A stretch of DNA of 64,000 nt from Mobula hypostoma (GCF_963921235.1 NC_086097.1:247320001-247384000), one strand, 5' to 3'; numbered from the stretch's first letter, positions 11,835-24,674 are shown. Numbers and translations are program-made. Notes: a model not told the origin generated them from the sequence alone.

Positions 11835-13090
11835 TTAAGGGTGTTATAGCCGGGGGTGGTAATGGAGACAAGCTCCCGCTACTTATTAAATTCTCCCAAT
11901 GGCATGCATCTCAAACAGCCTCTGATAACCAAGTCCAGCTCCTGACATGTGGCTTAGCTACTAAGCCCGGCTGAACTGTTCCTACTGACAGGAGAAAGGG
12001 CAAAGGTGGGCTACTTGCACCTTAAAACCAGTCACTTTGGGCAGATGGGACTCGTCAGCCATGTTTGGCAGCTCATCCAGGAGAAGGAAAACTCTGATCT
12101 CAGACCTCCACTGCCTTGTGGTTCTACCCACTCATGGGAAAGGCTTTGAGAATAAACCTCGAGGGAAAAATTCAGAGCTGGAGTCCCTAAGGCTGGCACG
12201 TTCCGGTCCGTTGACTCCTCATTTCAGTTAATTTCCTTTTCCCCATGTTCCACTGGGCTCCTTGATTAGGGCACCTGATCCTCATTCGAACCGGCAGCAT
12301 AAAAACTCTGGCTTACATCTACTCGGTGCTGGTTCGTCACCGTAGCCAGTGCGGTAATACATGTTCCGAGCCACCAAGAATAAGGGACCGTCTTCCAAGC
12401 GCCAAGAGTAAGGGACCGTCTTCATGAGCTTCTCCGTGTCAAGATACGTATTGTCTGTTGTTCTTTGGTTTAGTTGTCTCATTTCCAGCTGAGTAGGTCC
12501 AGCCGTTTGCCACTACTCCGAGTTGGAAATTCTGTCTCTTCGTGTCCAGTTGAGTGATTGCCAGCTGTTTGCTGCTTCATGAGCTACTCCGTGTCAAGAT
12601 TCGAACTGTCTGTTGTTGTTTGGTTTAGTTGTCTCGTTTCCAGCTGAGTCGGTCCGGCCGTTTGGTGCTACTCAGAGTTGTGTATTCTGTCTCATCGTGT
12701 TCCAGTCCAAGTCCATGCTCTGTGTTCCAGTCAAGTCCAAGTCCAGGTTCTGTGTTCCAGTCAAGTCCAAGTCCAGGTTCCCTGTCCGAGCTCCTCCTGT
12801 TTGTTGTCCCGCATCCTCGTCTGCGTAACTCGCTCCCCAGCTTTCCTGGCAATTATTAATAGACACACTTCTGTTAATGTTACCACCGTGTCTGTGCCCT
12901 GCACTTGGGTCCACTCCCTACGCCCCTTTGTAACAAAGGCAGTCCTACATAGAGTTCAAAGCTGACTGACAACTCCTGCGACACTGCTGGTACCAAACTG
13001 TATCGGTCTCTGCCGCTGCTTTAGATTCATCAGATGGGTGAGCTTGCTCTCCATATTGTACTGCCCAGACTTGCGTATCTAAACAGATAG
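11835..13090 (+). mobile_element. Unclassified SINE-like repeat split by a solo LTR
   Basis: Sequence on either side of the LTR rejoins through the AAGGC TSD; non-coding. Confidence 0.4.
12194..12935 (+). mobile_element. Solo LTR (742 bp)
   Basis: TGGCAC...GTAACA termini; 5-bp TSD AAGGC (12189-12193, 12936-12940); TATA-like CATAAAA at ~12298; internal tandem duplications. Confidence 0.88.
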
Positions 13091-13490
13091 TACGTAACAT
13101 CCATGGTCAACCTTGACTGATGGAGGTCTCAGACTCATACTCAGACATTCTGTTCGTACAGATCAAATCATTACACAGTGCACTGAAGCAGAACAGTGGG
13201 ATAGAGGCTGCCCTCGAGACTGGTGGTATATGCTTTCGGGCTTTGATATCTTCTGTCCGATGGGAGAGGGGAGAGGAGAGAATGCCTGGGTCGGGTAAGG
13301 GCTGGCTGCTTTCCTGAGGAAGTGAGAAGTGTAGACAGTGTTCATGGAGGAGAGGCTGACGCCTGCAATGTGCTGAGCTGTGCCCACACTCTCTCTGCAG
13401 TCTCTTGTGTTCATGGACAGAAGCACTGCCATACCAAGGCAGAAAGCTGCCTCGATAAAGATTGGTAAGAGTCAATGGGAACGTGGATTT
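13090..13490 (-). mobile_element. Old Rex1/Babar 3' fragment
   Basis: LTNLYR..WYGSAS..KRLQR; VYTSHFLRKAA. Confidence 0.7.
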
Positions 13491-13681
13491 AGGCTCCTGC
13501 TATCTGTATTTGTGTCGCTACATGTATATTTCTGCTTCGGTATGTGGAAATAATTTGAGCGGAGTAGAAAATGGACGTGCCACAATTTAGAAATTCAGAC
13601 AAAATAGTCAGTTTCACCAGAACAGTAATACCGTTTATCAGTGAAACATCACTTAACATACAAAACCCATTCTGTGATTAT

Positions 13682-13955
13682 TTATTATTTAGTTACTTAG
13701 TGATACCGTGAGGAACAGGTCCTTCCAGCCACACCGTCCCAATAACCCCACAACCTCGCTTAACCCTAGTCTAATCATGCGACAATTTACAACGACAATT
13801 ACTGGGTAAGTCTTTGGACTGTGGGAGGAAACCAGATGACCTGGAGGAACCCCACACGCTCCACAGGGAGGACATACAGAGAATCTTTACAGAGGACTCT
13901 GGAACTGAGCTGAAAACCCCAAGCTGTAACAGCGCCGTGCTGACCACTACGCTCC
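13682..13955 (-). mobile_element. tRNA-derived V-SINE (HE1-like)
   Basis: Reverse complement has a GCGTAGTGGTCAGCAC head and the V-core GTGGGTTCCTCCAGGTCATCTGGTTTCCTCCCACAGTCCAAAGAC. Confidence 0.8.
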
Positions 13956-13980
13956 GGTGACATCATAACCACATTTATAA

Positions 13981-14605
13981 TGTGACAGAGAGAGCTCGAT
14001 AAACACATTCCATACACATGTGCAATTGCATACACACATTGCCTTGTCATTCTGCGGTTGTTGAGCTGAGTGTTCGCACTTCAATGTCTTGCCTAGTGTA
14101 TTCTCATAATGAGTCCTAAACCGAGCTGATGTGTTCGGGTTGGCTTTGTGGTGCCTTTCCCATCATACACGGAATATTCTATTTGCTTAGTATTCGGGAT
14201 GTGTAAATGTGTGTACGTTGTTTGTATACTGTAGTTAAGATCAATACTCCTGTTTACTTTGTAATATGATTGTAACTACATTGTGGAGTGCATCATATTC
14301 TCATTCACGTGTAGCCTTTAGTTAACTTCGTGGGTAATTAAAGATGGCTTATCATGGGGTGGTTCACTCTCGGTGAGGGAGGGAGAGAGATCGGGCTGCC
14401 AGAAGTTCACTCTGTACATAGTATGCAGTTAATTTATTGTGTTTTCTGGTATAGATCTTTTTGTAAATATTAGCAGTTTTCTTTTTGCTATTTTCGCTAA
14501 ATTTTGTAAATTTGATTTTTTGACGCATTGAATAAACACCCTTGCATGATAGTGCTAAGCGTCTCCAGCCATTTTTTCTTCAGTCATAACCCACATATCG
14601 TAACA
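13981..14605 (+). mobile_element. Probable solo LTR
   Basis: TGTGAC...GTAACA termini and AATAAA ~75 bp before the end; no clear TSD. Confidence 0.55.
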
Positions 14606-14879
14606 CACAGTTTTATACTGTTAGTGATGCAAATACAAATCTGTGTTAAACACCTAAGAGCAGAACAAAACTTCAACAGCATCATCTAGAGAAGCAAAGT
14701 AAATTCTTTCCACTTCTTCCATCACATACATTAGATCAAGTTCAAGTTTATTGTCATTCAACCAAACACAATACAGCCAAACAAAACATCGTGGAGTTCA
14801 GTGAGATCCTCTCTCACTGCTCACCCCTCTATGATCTCAGCTACCCTCCAAATCTTCAACCATGTGCTCACCCAGACTC

Positions 14880-15158
14880 GCTACCACAGCCACCTATCCT
14901 ATCAGATTCCTTCCCCTCCAGCCCTATATTTTCCCCACCCCCTGGCTTCACTTATCACCTTCTAGCCTATCCTCTGTACCCCCCCTCCCTTTTGTTCTGG
15001 CATCTTCCCCCTTCCTTTCTAGTCTTGAAGAAGGATCTCGGCCTGAAACGTCAACTGTTTATTCATTTCCATAGACGCTGCCTGACCTGCTGAGTTCCTC
15101 CAACGTTATGTGTGTGTGTTGCTCTGGATTTCCAGCATCTGCAGATTCTCTCGTGTTT
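14880..15158 (+). mobile_element. Penelope-type short repeat with hammerhead-like motif
   Basis: Pyrimidine-rich tract, then AGTC TTGAAGA AGGATCTCGGCCT GAAACGTC AACT (15021-15056), then the conserved GCTGCCTGACCTGCTGAGTTCCTCC..CCAGCATCTGCAG end. Confidence 0.72.
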
Positions 15159-15204
15159 ATTATTCCATTGGGAAAAGGTGCAAAACACAGAACATAACCT
15201 GTTA

Positions 15205-15753
15205 ATCAAGTGGCCACTTGATTACTTACCTCCTGTACCCAATAAGTGGCCACTGAGTGTATGTTCATGGTCTTCTGACGCTGTAGCCCATCCACTTCAA
15301 GGTTTGACGTGTTTTGCATTCAGAGATGCTCTTCTGCACACTAATGTTGTAATGTGTGGTTATTTGAGTTATTGTCACCTTTCTGTTAGCTTGAACCAGT
15401 CTGGCGATTCTCCACTGACCTTTCTCATTAACAAAGTGTTTTGGCCCACAGAACTTCCACTCCCTGGATTATTTTCTTTGTTTTTGCACCATTCTCTGTA
15501 AACTCACAAGATGGTTGTGTCTGAAAATCCCAGATCAGCAGTTTCTGAGATACTTAAACCACCCTGTTTGGCACCATAGTCACAGTCACTTAGTTCACAA
15601 ATCTTCCCCATTCTGATATTTGCCCTGAAAAACAACCGAACCTTCTGACCATGTCTGCATGCTTTAATGCACTGAATTCCTGCCATATGGTTGGCTGATG
15701 ATATTTTTGCATTATTGAGCAGGTGTACAGGCGTACCTAATAAAATGGCCACT
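15205..15753 (-). mobile_element. Non-autonomous Tc1/mariner element (transposase N-terminus only)
   Basis: MGKICELSD..GGLSISETADLGFS HTH remnant; AGTGGCCACTT-type TIRs. Confidence 0.85.
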
Positions 15754-16046
15754 TATTTTAGTCACACACAGCACATATAGCTACGATCCAGCACATATGG
15801 TCACAAAATAACATTACCACAAGCCCCCAAGTGGCATAGACTGAAGACTGACAGGTTCACATACAGTGTGAGGTACATGATTATGTAAGACAGTATAATG
15901 TTACTGTCACTATTAAAATAAAACAAACAGTTGTATAAATATGTGAAACAGCAGCAATAAAAGATGAAAAGTGACCAGTGCTGGTGAGAGTGTCTGTGAG
16001 GTAGGGTGTGCTGGAGGGGTGGCAGGGAATTCAGACAGGGTGTACA

Positions 16047-16735
16047 TGAACAGAGAGATCTGGGAATACAGGTCCATAACTCATTGAAAGTGACGTCACA
16101 TTTAGATAGGGTCGTAAAGAAAGCTTCCGGCACATTGGCCTTGATAAATCAAAATACTGAGTGCAGGAGATGGGAATTTAGGTTGAAGGTGCAATGATAT
16201 TGGTGAAGCCTAATTTAGTGTATTGTGTGCAGTTCTGGTTACCTACCTATAGGACAGATGTAAACAAGAGTACAGAGAAAATTGGCAAAGATGTTGCCAG
16301 GTCTGGAGGATCTGAGTTACAAGGAATAGATTAGGGTTTTATTCCCTGACATGTAGAAGATTGAGAGGAGATTTGATAGAGGCATACAAAATTATGAGGG
16401 GTGCATATAGGGTAAATATAAACAGGCTTTTTCCACTGAGGTTGGGTGACTACAACAGGTCATGGGTTAAGTGTGAAAGGTGAAAAGTTTAAGGGGAACA
16501 TGAGGGGAAACTTCTTTGCTCAGAGGGTCATGAGAGTGTGGAACGAGCTGCTGTCACAAGTGATCCATACGAAGTCGATTTCAACATTTAAGAGAAGTTT
16601 GGATAGGTACATGATGGGAGGGGTGTGGAGGGCTATGGTCTCGGTGCAGGTTCATAGGAGTAGGCAATTTAAATGGTACAGCATGGACTAGATGGGCCGA
16701 AAGGGTCTGTTGCTATGCTGTAGTTTTCTATGACT
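16047..16735 (+). mobile_element. CR1 3' fragment
   Basis: EQRDLGIQVHNSLKV; GEKFKGNMRGNFFAQRVMRVWNEL. Confidence 0.88.
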
Positions 16736-18014
16736 GGGTGCTGAGTGGCAGCAGGGTCTGTCATGAAGCCTAATACACTGGGAGAAGAAGCTGTTACCCA
16801 GTCTGACAGTTCTGTTCTTCTCCTGCGGTACCTTCTGCCTGACAGCGACACAAATGGGAGAAAAAACTTCTTGTCCATTCTAGTTTTGAAAATAACTTCT
16901 GTTTCATAAGTCTCCAAATTACTGCAGGACTAATGTTGCATCCAAATGGGAGCGGGTATGACCAGACACAGTAACAGGGGATTTTTCCTCCACAATATCC
17001 ACTTCCCTATGAACCTAATCAACTGTGACATTAGAAAATACACTGGGATCACCCAGCCAGAATTTGACTGCCGCCTGGAAATACTCCCAACATTCCACTG
17101 TTTTGGATTTTACAATGATCCTTCTGACATCAATTTTGTATATGTACTTCAAAATGCCATTAGAAAATGCTCACAAACCCCTCCTGAACACTGGCTTGCA
17201 CTCAGCTTCAAATCGAAGCCAGTGCGTAAATGGTCCCTTGTGGCTGGCGAACGGTATCTTTCGATTACTCATTCTAAAGCATTTGGTTATGGAAAGGTGC
17301 CTTGGGAAAAGAACCCAATTTGAGAAAATCTACTCCAATTTCTTCTAACTGACTGTTCTATTTTGAAAACAAAATCCGATTCTTTTGCACTTTTCTTCAA
17401 GTAAATAAATTATTTTACGTTTTTCAAACTTAACGTAATTTTTTTCTAATCTGATATAGCTCATCTTATTTAATGCTCCTACAATGATGCAGACGAGTAA
17501 TTATTTTACATTTTATTATTCATGTATCAATCAAAAATATTGCTAAAGTCTATATCTGTGTCAGTTTGAAAATGTATACAACCCATAAGATTCAAGATAC
17601 GCCATTCAAGATTAACACCATTTCCAGTACACAAGTGTAAAGGAGAACAAAATAATTGTTACTCCAGATCTGATGCAAAACACAATAAGATAAAGAACAC
17701 AATAATAAGAAACCACAATAAATATAAATACATAAGGTAGCTTATTTACACAGATTGGTTGTATGTACATAAAGTGATGCTGGACACAGCAGTGTCTGTA
17801 CATAAGGTGACTCTGACAAGAAATGATAAAATACTGGTGGTTGGGTACATACATAATTCTGTACATTGTCTATGTAATTTTTTGTGCAACACTGTGGGAC
17901 ATACTGGGTGTCTCAATTTAAAAAGGAATACCAATTCAGCTTGTCAGCAATGTTTGGGATGTAATACAAGAAAGAACTCCAACAAACATTCTCATACACT
18001 CTTCCACAGAGTGC

Positions 18015-18380
18015 AGGAGATTGAGAGGAGATTTGATAGAAGTATACAAAATTATGAGGGGTAAATGCAAGCAGACTTTTTTCACTGTAGTTTGTGTGAG
18101 ACTACAACCAGAGGTCATGGTTAAGAGTGAAAGGTGAAATGTTAAAGGTGAAATGTTTAAGGCGAACATGAGGGGGAACTTCTTCACTCAGAGAGTGGTG
18201 ATAATGTGGAATAGATTGCCAATATAGATGCAGGTTGAATTTCAATATTAAGGGAAGTTTGGATAAGTACATGGATGGAAGGGATATAGTCTGGATATAG
18301 ACTCGGCAGATTAATAGTTTGGCATGTACTAGATGGGCTGAAGGGCCTGTTTCTGTGCAGTTGTGTTGTGTGACTCTAAA
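18015..18380 (+). mobile_element. CR1 3' fragment
   Basis: Similar to 16360-16735. Confidence 0.8.
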
Positions 18381-18644
18381 AAGTGAGTCACCTCATCTCA
18401 ACAATTTGCCTAACAGGATTTCTTTTGGCGACAAAACTTCATGCAAGCATTCGACGTCAATTCACACGGACCAATCCCATTTGTGGGATATGTTCATCGA
18501 TACCACATTTTGCCAAATGCTAATAATTTTTTTAAAGTCCTGGACAGAATTAAAAATATACATTGAAAAAATCAAACCCAGCGTGAAGTGGCAAAGATAA
18601 TTTCTTAATTCTTTAATCTTGATCAATCTTTGAATGGATTCTAC

Positions 18645-19230
18645 GTGATGTATAGAGGACACCTTCAAAAGGCAATGCCTCAAAAAGACGGCATCATTAT
18701 TAATGACCCCTATCACTCAGGATGCTATGTATTATTATTTCAGTAATATTTGAGTAATCTTGTGTGTACATAGTGTATATTGTCTGATTAAGCATTCTTG
18801 TTTGGTTAAATAATTAAAATGCATAAGTATGTGCCTCACTTAAAGTAAACACAAAGTTAGACTCAAATTTTGGACTCCTGTGTCTTCTTTTGAATTAGTT
18901 TAGAGTTTTGAAGTTACAAAACATAGCACAGGATATGCAGTCTTCTCATTGCTACCATTAGGAAGGAGGTACAGGAACCTGAAGACACACACTCAACGAT
19001 TCAGGAACAACTTCTTCCCCTCTGCCATCTGATTTCTGAATGGACATTACCTCACTACTTTTTTTCTTTTTTCTCTCTCTTTTTGCACTACATATTTATT
19101 TTTATATATATTTCTTATTGTAATTTATAGCTGTTTAAATATATTATGTATTGCAATGTACTGCTACCGCAAAATAACAAATTTCATGACATATTGCAGC
19201 GATATTAAACCTGAATCTAATTCTGAATCT
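18645..19230 (+). mobile_element. Rex1/Babar 3' end split by a short solo LTR
   Basis: Same 3' sequence as 25495-25955, 43945-44300 and 51630-52027. Confidence 0.78.
18723..18928 (+). mobile_element. Short solo LTR (206 bp)
   Basis: Perfect inverted termini TGCTATGT/ACATAGCA; 5-bp TSD CAGGA; homologous to the reverse complement of 61495-61746. Confidence 0.8.
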
Positions 19231-19282
19231 CAACACTCTTATTGCTGCAAGTAAATATTGGGTTGGACATCTTCTTTCAGAG

Positions 19283-19410
19283 CACAAACACAAGACATCC
19301 TGCAGATGTTGGAAATTCAGAGTAGCACACACAAAATGCAGGAGGAGCTCAGCAGGTCAGGCAGCATCTCTGGAAAGGAATAAACAATTGATATTTTGGG
19401 TCATCTTTCA
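19283..19410 (-). mobile_element. Penelope-type short repeat
   Basis: Reverse complement of 15040-15158. Confidence 0.7.
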
Positions 19411-21764
19411 GAGTGTGCATTTTTGATTAGTTTTCCTTTATTTGATAACATTTCAGTCCTTAACTGTTATCAAATTGCACTTTGGTAATATTACCATGTA
19501 CATGGCTGCTGTACATTCATACGTTATATTCATTCCGACAGTACAGATAAAATCTTTGCTTGCTCCAGATATATCACAAGTTCAAGTATTTATAAACCTA
19601 ATTGGATAAGAATACAATTCATAATTGGCTGAATCACTTAAGGGAAGATGATTTTATTGCATCTTTCACAGAATTTTAACAAACACTCGTCCAAGTGAAA
19701 GAAAATTCCAGGCAATTCATCCAATCCATTCCAAGAAAAGTTTAACTTTCCTCGACTTGGCCTCCATCACAATTGGCCTCCGCTCCCGCACCAGCAGGCA
19801 CAGGAAGAGCTTCTTCCCTGAGGCTGTGACACTGCTGAACCTCACATCACAGCGCTAAGCAGTATTGCATCCGTATTGTACTGTCTCAGTACTTTTATAT
19901 TTGTGTGCTGTAGCACTTTTTTATTCACAGTTATTTTGTAAATAACACTATTCTTTGCATTTCTGGTTAGATTCTAAGTGCATTTCATTGGCTTTGTATC
20001 TGTACTTGGCACAATGACAATAAAGTTGAATCTTATCTAATCTGGAGCCCAATGCAAAGGAATAAAGAGAGCGAGAAAATATTAAAAGACTTTTCAAGGG
20101 GGACTTATAAAGTGCACAAATGAGATGGTCGAAAACAAGAAGTAATAGGTGGATTGGAGGGGGGAAAGATGCATTCTCCAGATATCCGGATAAATATGTG
20201 AAAATAGCTCTTAATAACTACTTATGCAGGTAGACACAGCAATTCTCCTGTTGTTTGATATGACTGATACTTCTTATCAAGTGAAAGTGCGGGGAGCTGA
20301 TGATAAAGTGGCTTGCATCATGTTTAGATCCAGCAGACAACTGCTTTTTGAGATAGGTTTGCAGTCAAATTTCACTTGGGCAATCTAAATGTCTTTTAAT
20401 CCAAGATTTATTTGGAGACTTGATAAGCACTTTGATGACCTTTGGTGCTACTTATTTTCAAACCTGACAGGAGCATGCTTTCAAACACAGTTATTATTGT
20501 CTGCTACGGAAACAATTCCCGAGAAATATATTAGCATTAAATTTACAAAATATAGAGGGAAGAATGAATGAAAAAGTTATTTACCCTGATAACACAATAG
20601 AAAACCATTTTGAGATTGCAACTATATAGTTATAAAACACTTAAGACCATTATAAATATAGCTCAGCCTCAAAAATAAGTCAATCAATAAACTTGCTTAT
20701 TACTCTGAGTTCCACTTTACTGGACATTTTTATTGTCCTTTGAGGTGTGAAAGATTAAAGGTTTGAAGAAGGGATAAGTCTGCCAATGATGGATTTTCAA
20801 TACAGAAATGTTTGCTTAGGAATAGGAAATTTTTTTTTTGGCCTGAAAAGTAAATCGAAAGTGGTGGAAGCCAGGAGAGGCTGCACCAGTGGAAACTGAG
20901 CTGTAACTGCACAGCTTTGCAGAAAATGAAGTGTGAAAAATATAATAAAAATGTAACATCCAATGAGTGACACAAATTTTTTTACGAAGAGTTGATCAAA
21001 CATTCGATGGAAAACAGGTATTTGATTGGGTTGTGCCAAGGTTCTTTGTGGTTCCCTGAAAGAGTACTATATATTACCTATTGCATAATCACTATAAATT
21101 GCTTAAAATAGTTTAGTACTCCAGTATTTACCGGCTGCCTTCTTTATTTTTTATTATATTGACATTTTTCTCCTGCTTCCCTATCTCCAACTCACAAATT
21201 CCATAAGATCATAAGATATAGGAGCAGAATTAGGCCATTTGGCCCATCGAGCCTGCTCTGCCATTTCATCACGACAGATCCATTTCCCTCTCAGCCCCAA
21301 TCTCCTGCCTTCTCCTCGCATCCCTTCATGCCTGACTTACCAAGAATCTGTCAATATCTGCCACATATTACGAAGAAAGCATGGCAGCACCTCTTCTTCT
21401 TTAGGGGCATGCAGAGATTCGGCACAACATCTAAAAACCTTGACGGACTTATATGGATGTGTGGTGGAGGGTATACAGACTGGCTGCATCACAGCCTGGT
21501 ATGGAAACACCAGTGCCCTTGAATGGAAAATCCTACAAAAAGGAAAGCAGCAACCTTTACCAGGGACCCCCACCACGCAGGTCATGCTCTCTTCTCAGTG
21601 CTGCCATCAGCAAGAAGGTACACGAGCCTCAGGACCCACATCACCAGGCTCAGGAACAGTTATCACCCTTCAACAATCAGGCTCTTGAACCGAGGGGGAT
21701 AACGTCACTCGACTTCAACTTATCCTGTTATTGAAATGTTTCCACAACCAATGGACTCACTTTC

Positions 21765-23387
21765 TTTTTTTTTTGTAATTTATTTTTTATTTAAGTTCAT
21801 CATCAAACAAACATTTCCATAAGATGCATTTCATATACCGCACATACAGTATTAGATTATTAGATTAGATTACAAGGACACTCAGTCCTCGTTTATTGTC
21901 ATTTAGAAATATATGCATTAAAAAATGATACAACGTTCCTCCAGAATGATATCATAAGAAACACAAGACAAACCAAGACTAAAACTGACAAAACCACATA
22001 ATTATAGCATATAGTTACAACAGTGCAAAGCAATACCGTAACTTGATAAAGAGCAGACCATGGGCACTGTAAAAGAAAAGTCTCAAAGTTCCGATACACC
22101 CATCATCTCACACAGACGGTAGAAGGGAGAAACTCTCCCTGCCATGAACCTCCAAGCGCCGCAAACTTGCCAATACAGCACCATTGGAAGCACCCGAGCA
22201 CAGCAGACTCTGAGTCCGTCCGAAAACTTCAAGCCTCTGACCAGCCCTCTGACACCGAGCACCATCCTATGCCAAGTGCTTCGACCCCGGCCCCGGCCGC
22301 CGAGCAACAAGCAAGGCCGAGGACTCGGGGCCTTCCCCTCCAGGGATTCTGGACCACACAGTAGCAGCAGCAGCGAAGCAGGCATTTCAGAAGTTTCACC
22401 AGATGTTCCTCCATGCTCTCAAGTGTGTCTCCATCAAATCAGGATTGTGCACAGCACCCTACTTGACAGATAACAGACATCACCACCGGAGTGGCCGCTG
22501 CGAGCTGCGTCGCGTCGCCATCTTCTCCTCCCGCCCAAATATGACATATATATCATATAGTCATATTTGCCACAAATCTCCACATAATATTTACCTGAGG
22601 TATACACTTATAGAAAAGAGAGGAAAGAAAGAACAAGCTAAAGGAGAAAACTATGGAGTTATGGAGTGATCTTTTTTTTAAACAACATATTCATTGATTT
22701 GTGAGAATAAAATCAGGCCTATGAGGTGTTATGTAGTTAAACCATTTTTCCCAGTATGAATGAAATTGTTCCAACTTATGATTAACAGATGCTGTTATCT
22801 TCTTCATTTTGTAAATGTCCATTGTAATTTCCATCCATGCGTTAATCATTTCCTGGTAAGGGTCTTTTTTAGCAGCCACCAGCAGTATATTCATTAAATA
22901 TTTATATCTTTTCAACCATTCTTGAGGTATATACCCAAAATATATAGTCTTACTCTCTAAGGGTATTTCACATTTAGAGATGTCTTGTAGGACATTGTGT
23001 ATCCCACTCCATTGATAATAGGGCATTCCCAGAAAATATGATAATGGTTTGCATTTTGATTTCCACAATTTCTCCAGCAAACAGGGAGGTTACTATCATA
23101 ATGGGATTTCTGAGAGGGTGTAATAAAATATTTTATCAAGTTTTTCCATCCGAACTCCCTCCATTGATACCTCCATATTATTGTCCATTATTCCTCAGAT
23201 ATAATTATCCCTCCTTCCTTCTCCCATTTTGTTTTAATGTATGAAGTCAAATGTGTTTTAAGATTTGACAAACCCTTATACACGCTTGAAATGATTCTAC
23301 TACCGTTATCTGAATTATATGATTTTCTAAATAGCTCTATCAAACATGTACTTGCCTTAGTTACATTTTTAACCCTCCTATTAACAT
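21765..23387 (-). mobile_element. L1-clade LINE, 5'-truncated
   Basis: Poly(T) at 21765; CWRNCGNQNANHYHIFWEC; 16-bp TSD CAATRGACTCACTTTC (21749-21764, 23388-23403). Confidence 0.9.
21851..22535 (-). mobile_element. ~0.7-kb non-coding retroposon with GC-rich AAGATGGCG head and (CTAATAAT)n tail
   Basis: Full-length homologue at 54065-54757; 3' part at 43446-43710. Confidence 0.8.
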
Positions 23388-24674
23388 CAATAGACTCACT
23401 TTCAATGACTTTTTATCTCATATTCTCGATATTTATTGCTTATTTATTTATATTATTGTTTCTTCTTTTTGTATTTGCACAGTTTGTTGTCTCCTGCCCT
23501 CTGGTTGAACACCCTAGTTGGACAGTCTTTAACTGATTCTGTTATAGTTTTTACATTATAAATTTATTGATTATGCCCACAAGAAAATGAATCGCAGGGC
23601 TATATTTGGTGACGTATGCATACTCTGAAATATACCCAATGACTTGGCCTCCACAGCCACCTGTGGCAATGAATTCCACAGATTTATCACCCTCTGGCTA
23701 AAGAAACCCCTCTTCATCTCCATTCTAAATGGACGTTCCTCTATTCTGGGACTGTGCCCTCCGGTCCTTTACTCCCCCATTGTGGGAAACATCCTTTCTG
23801 CGTTCACTCTATCTAAGCCTTTCAACATTCAATAGGTTTCAATGAGATTCCCCCCTCATTCTTCTGAATTCCAGTGAGTATAGTCCCAAACCCATCAGTT
23901 GCTTCTCATATGATAAGCCTAGTGTTCAGGGTCCCGTCACCAGTGATAGGCATGTCCTGGGATCGAGGCCTGGGGGTCGAATCGGAAATCTGGAGGTCAA
24001 GCTCCCATTGGCCGGAGCTGAATCTGTGAATCTCTCTGCACGTCCACTTGGGGAGTGGTGTGGGTCAAAGGCCAGTGTCTGCAGGCCAGAGTCCAAGTCT
24101 ACTGGAGGAGGGAGACTGGAGTCTAGAGGTCCGTCCTGGGGTTATAGGATTGTGTATGTGTGGGTGTGAGGGAGGGAGGGGGCTTGTTTTGCTGTTGTTG
24201 TTTTGTTTCTCACTGTGTTCTGTGTAGTGCTGCTGAGCGTTGCGGGAATGCTGTGTTGGCACCAGAACGTTTGGGCTGCCCCCAGCACATCCTTGGGTAT
24301 GTTGGTTGTCAATGTAAGTGGTGGATTTCACCGTATGCTTCAATGTACACGTGATAAATACATCTTGAGTCTTGATTGTGGCCCATTTCAGTTCATCTGC
24401 TGATGAAAAGCTATGTTTTCAATTGATCCCATCTGTTATCCCCCTCAAAAGGCGATACCTCAAAAAGATGGCATCCATCACCAAGGCCCCCATTATTCAG
24501 GACATGCCTCTTCTCATTGTTACCAACAAGGAGGTACAGGAGGTACAGGAGGTACAGGAGCCTGAAGGCACTCACTCCATGTTCAGGTTACTCCGTCATC
24601 ACATTTCTGAATGGACAATGAACTCATGAAAACTTCCTCGTTATTTCTCTCCCTCTTTTTGTGCTACTTATTTA

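Larger units (their letters stand above)
21203..23920. mobile_element. Nested stack: CR1(-) hosting Rex1/Babar(+), hosting L1(-), hosting a GC-headed element(-)
   Basis: CR1 halves 21203-21362 and 23628-23920 rejoin; Rex halves 21365-21764 and 23388-23627 rejoin. Confidence 0.8.

Noticed and set aside
12613..12965. Repetitive small proteins (SSPSP, QVQVQ, LDLDL)
   Set aside because: Translations of a 30-bp tandem repeat within a solo LTR.
18392..18545. Minus-strand exon with in-frame TGA (selenoprotein idea)
   Set aside because: All frames contain stops; no selenoprotein motif or SECIS recognised.
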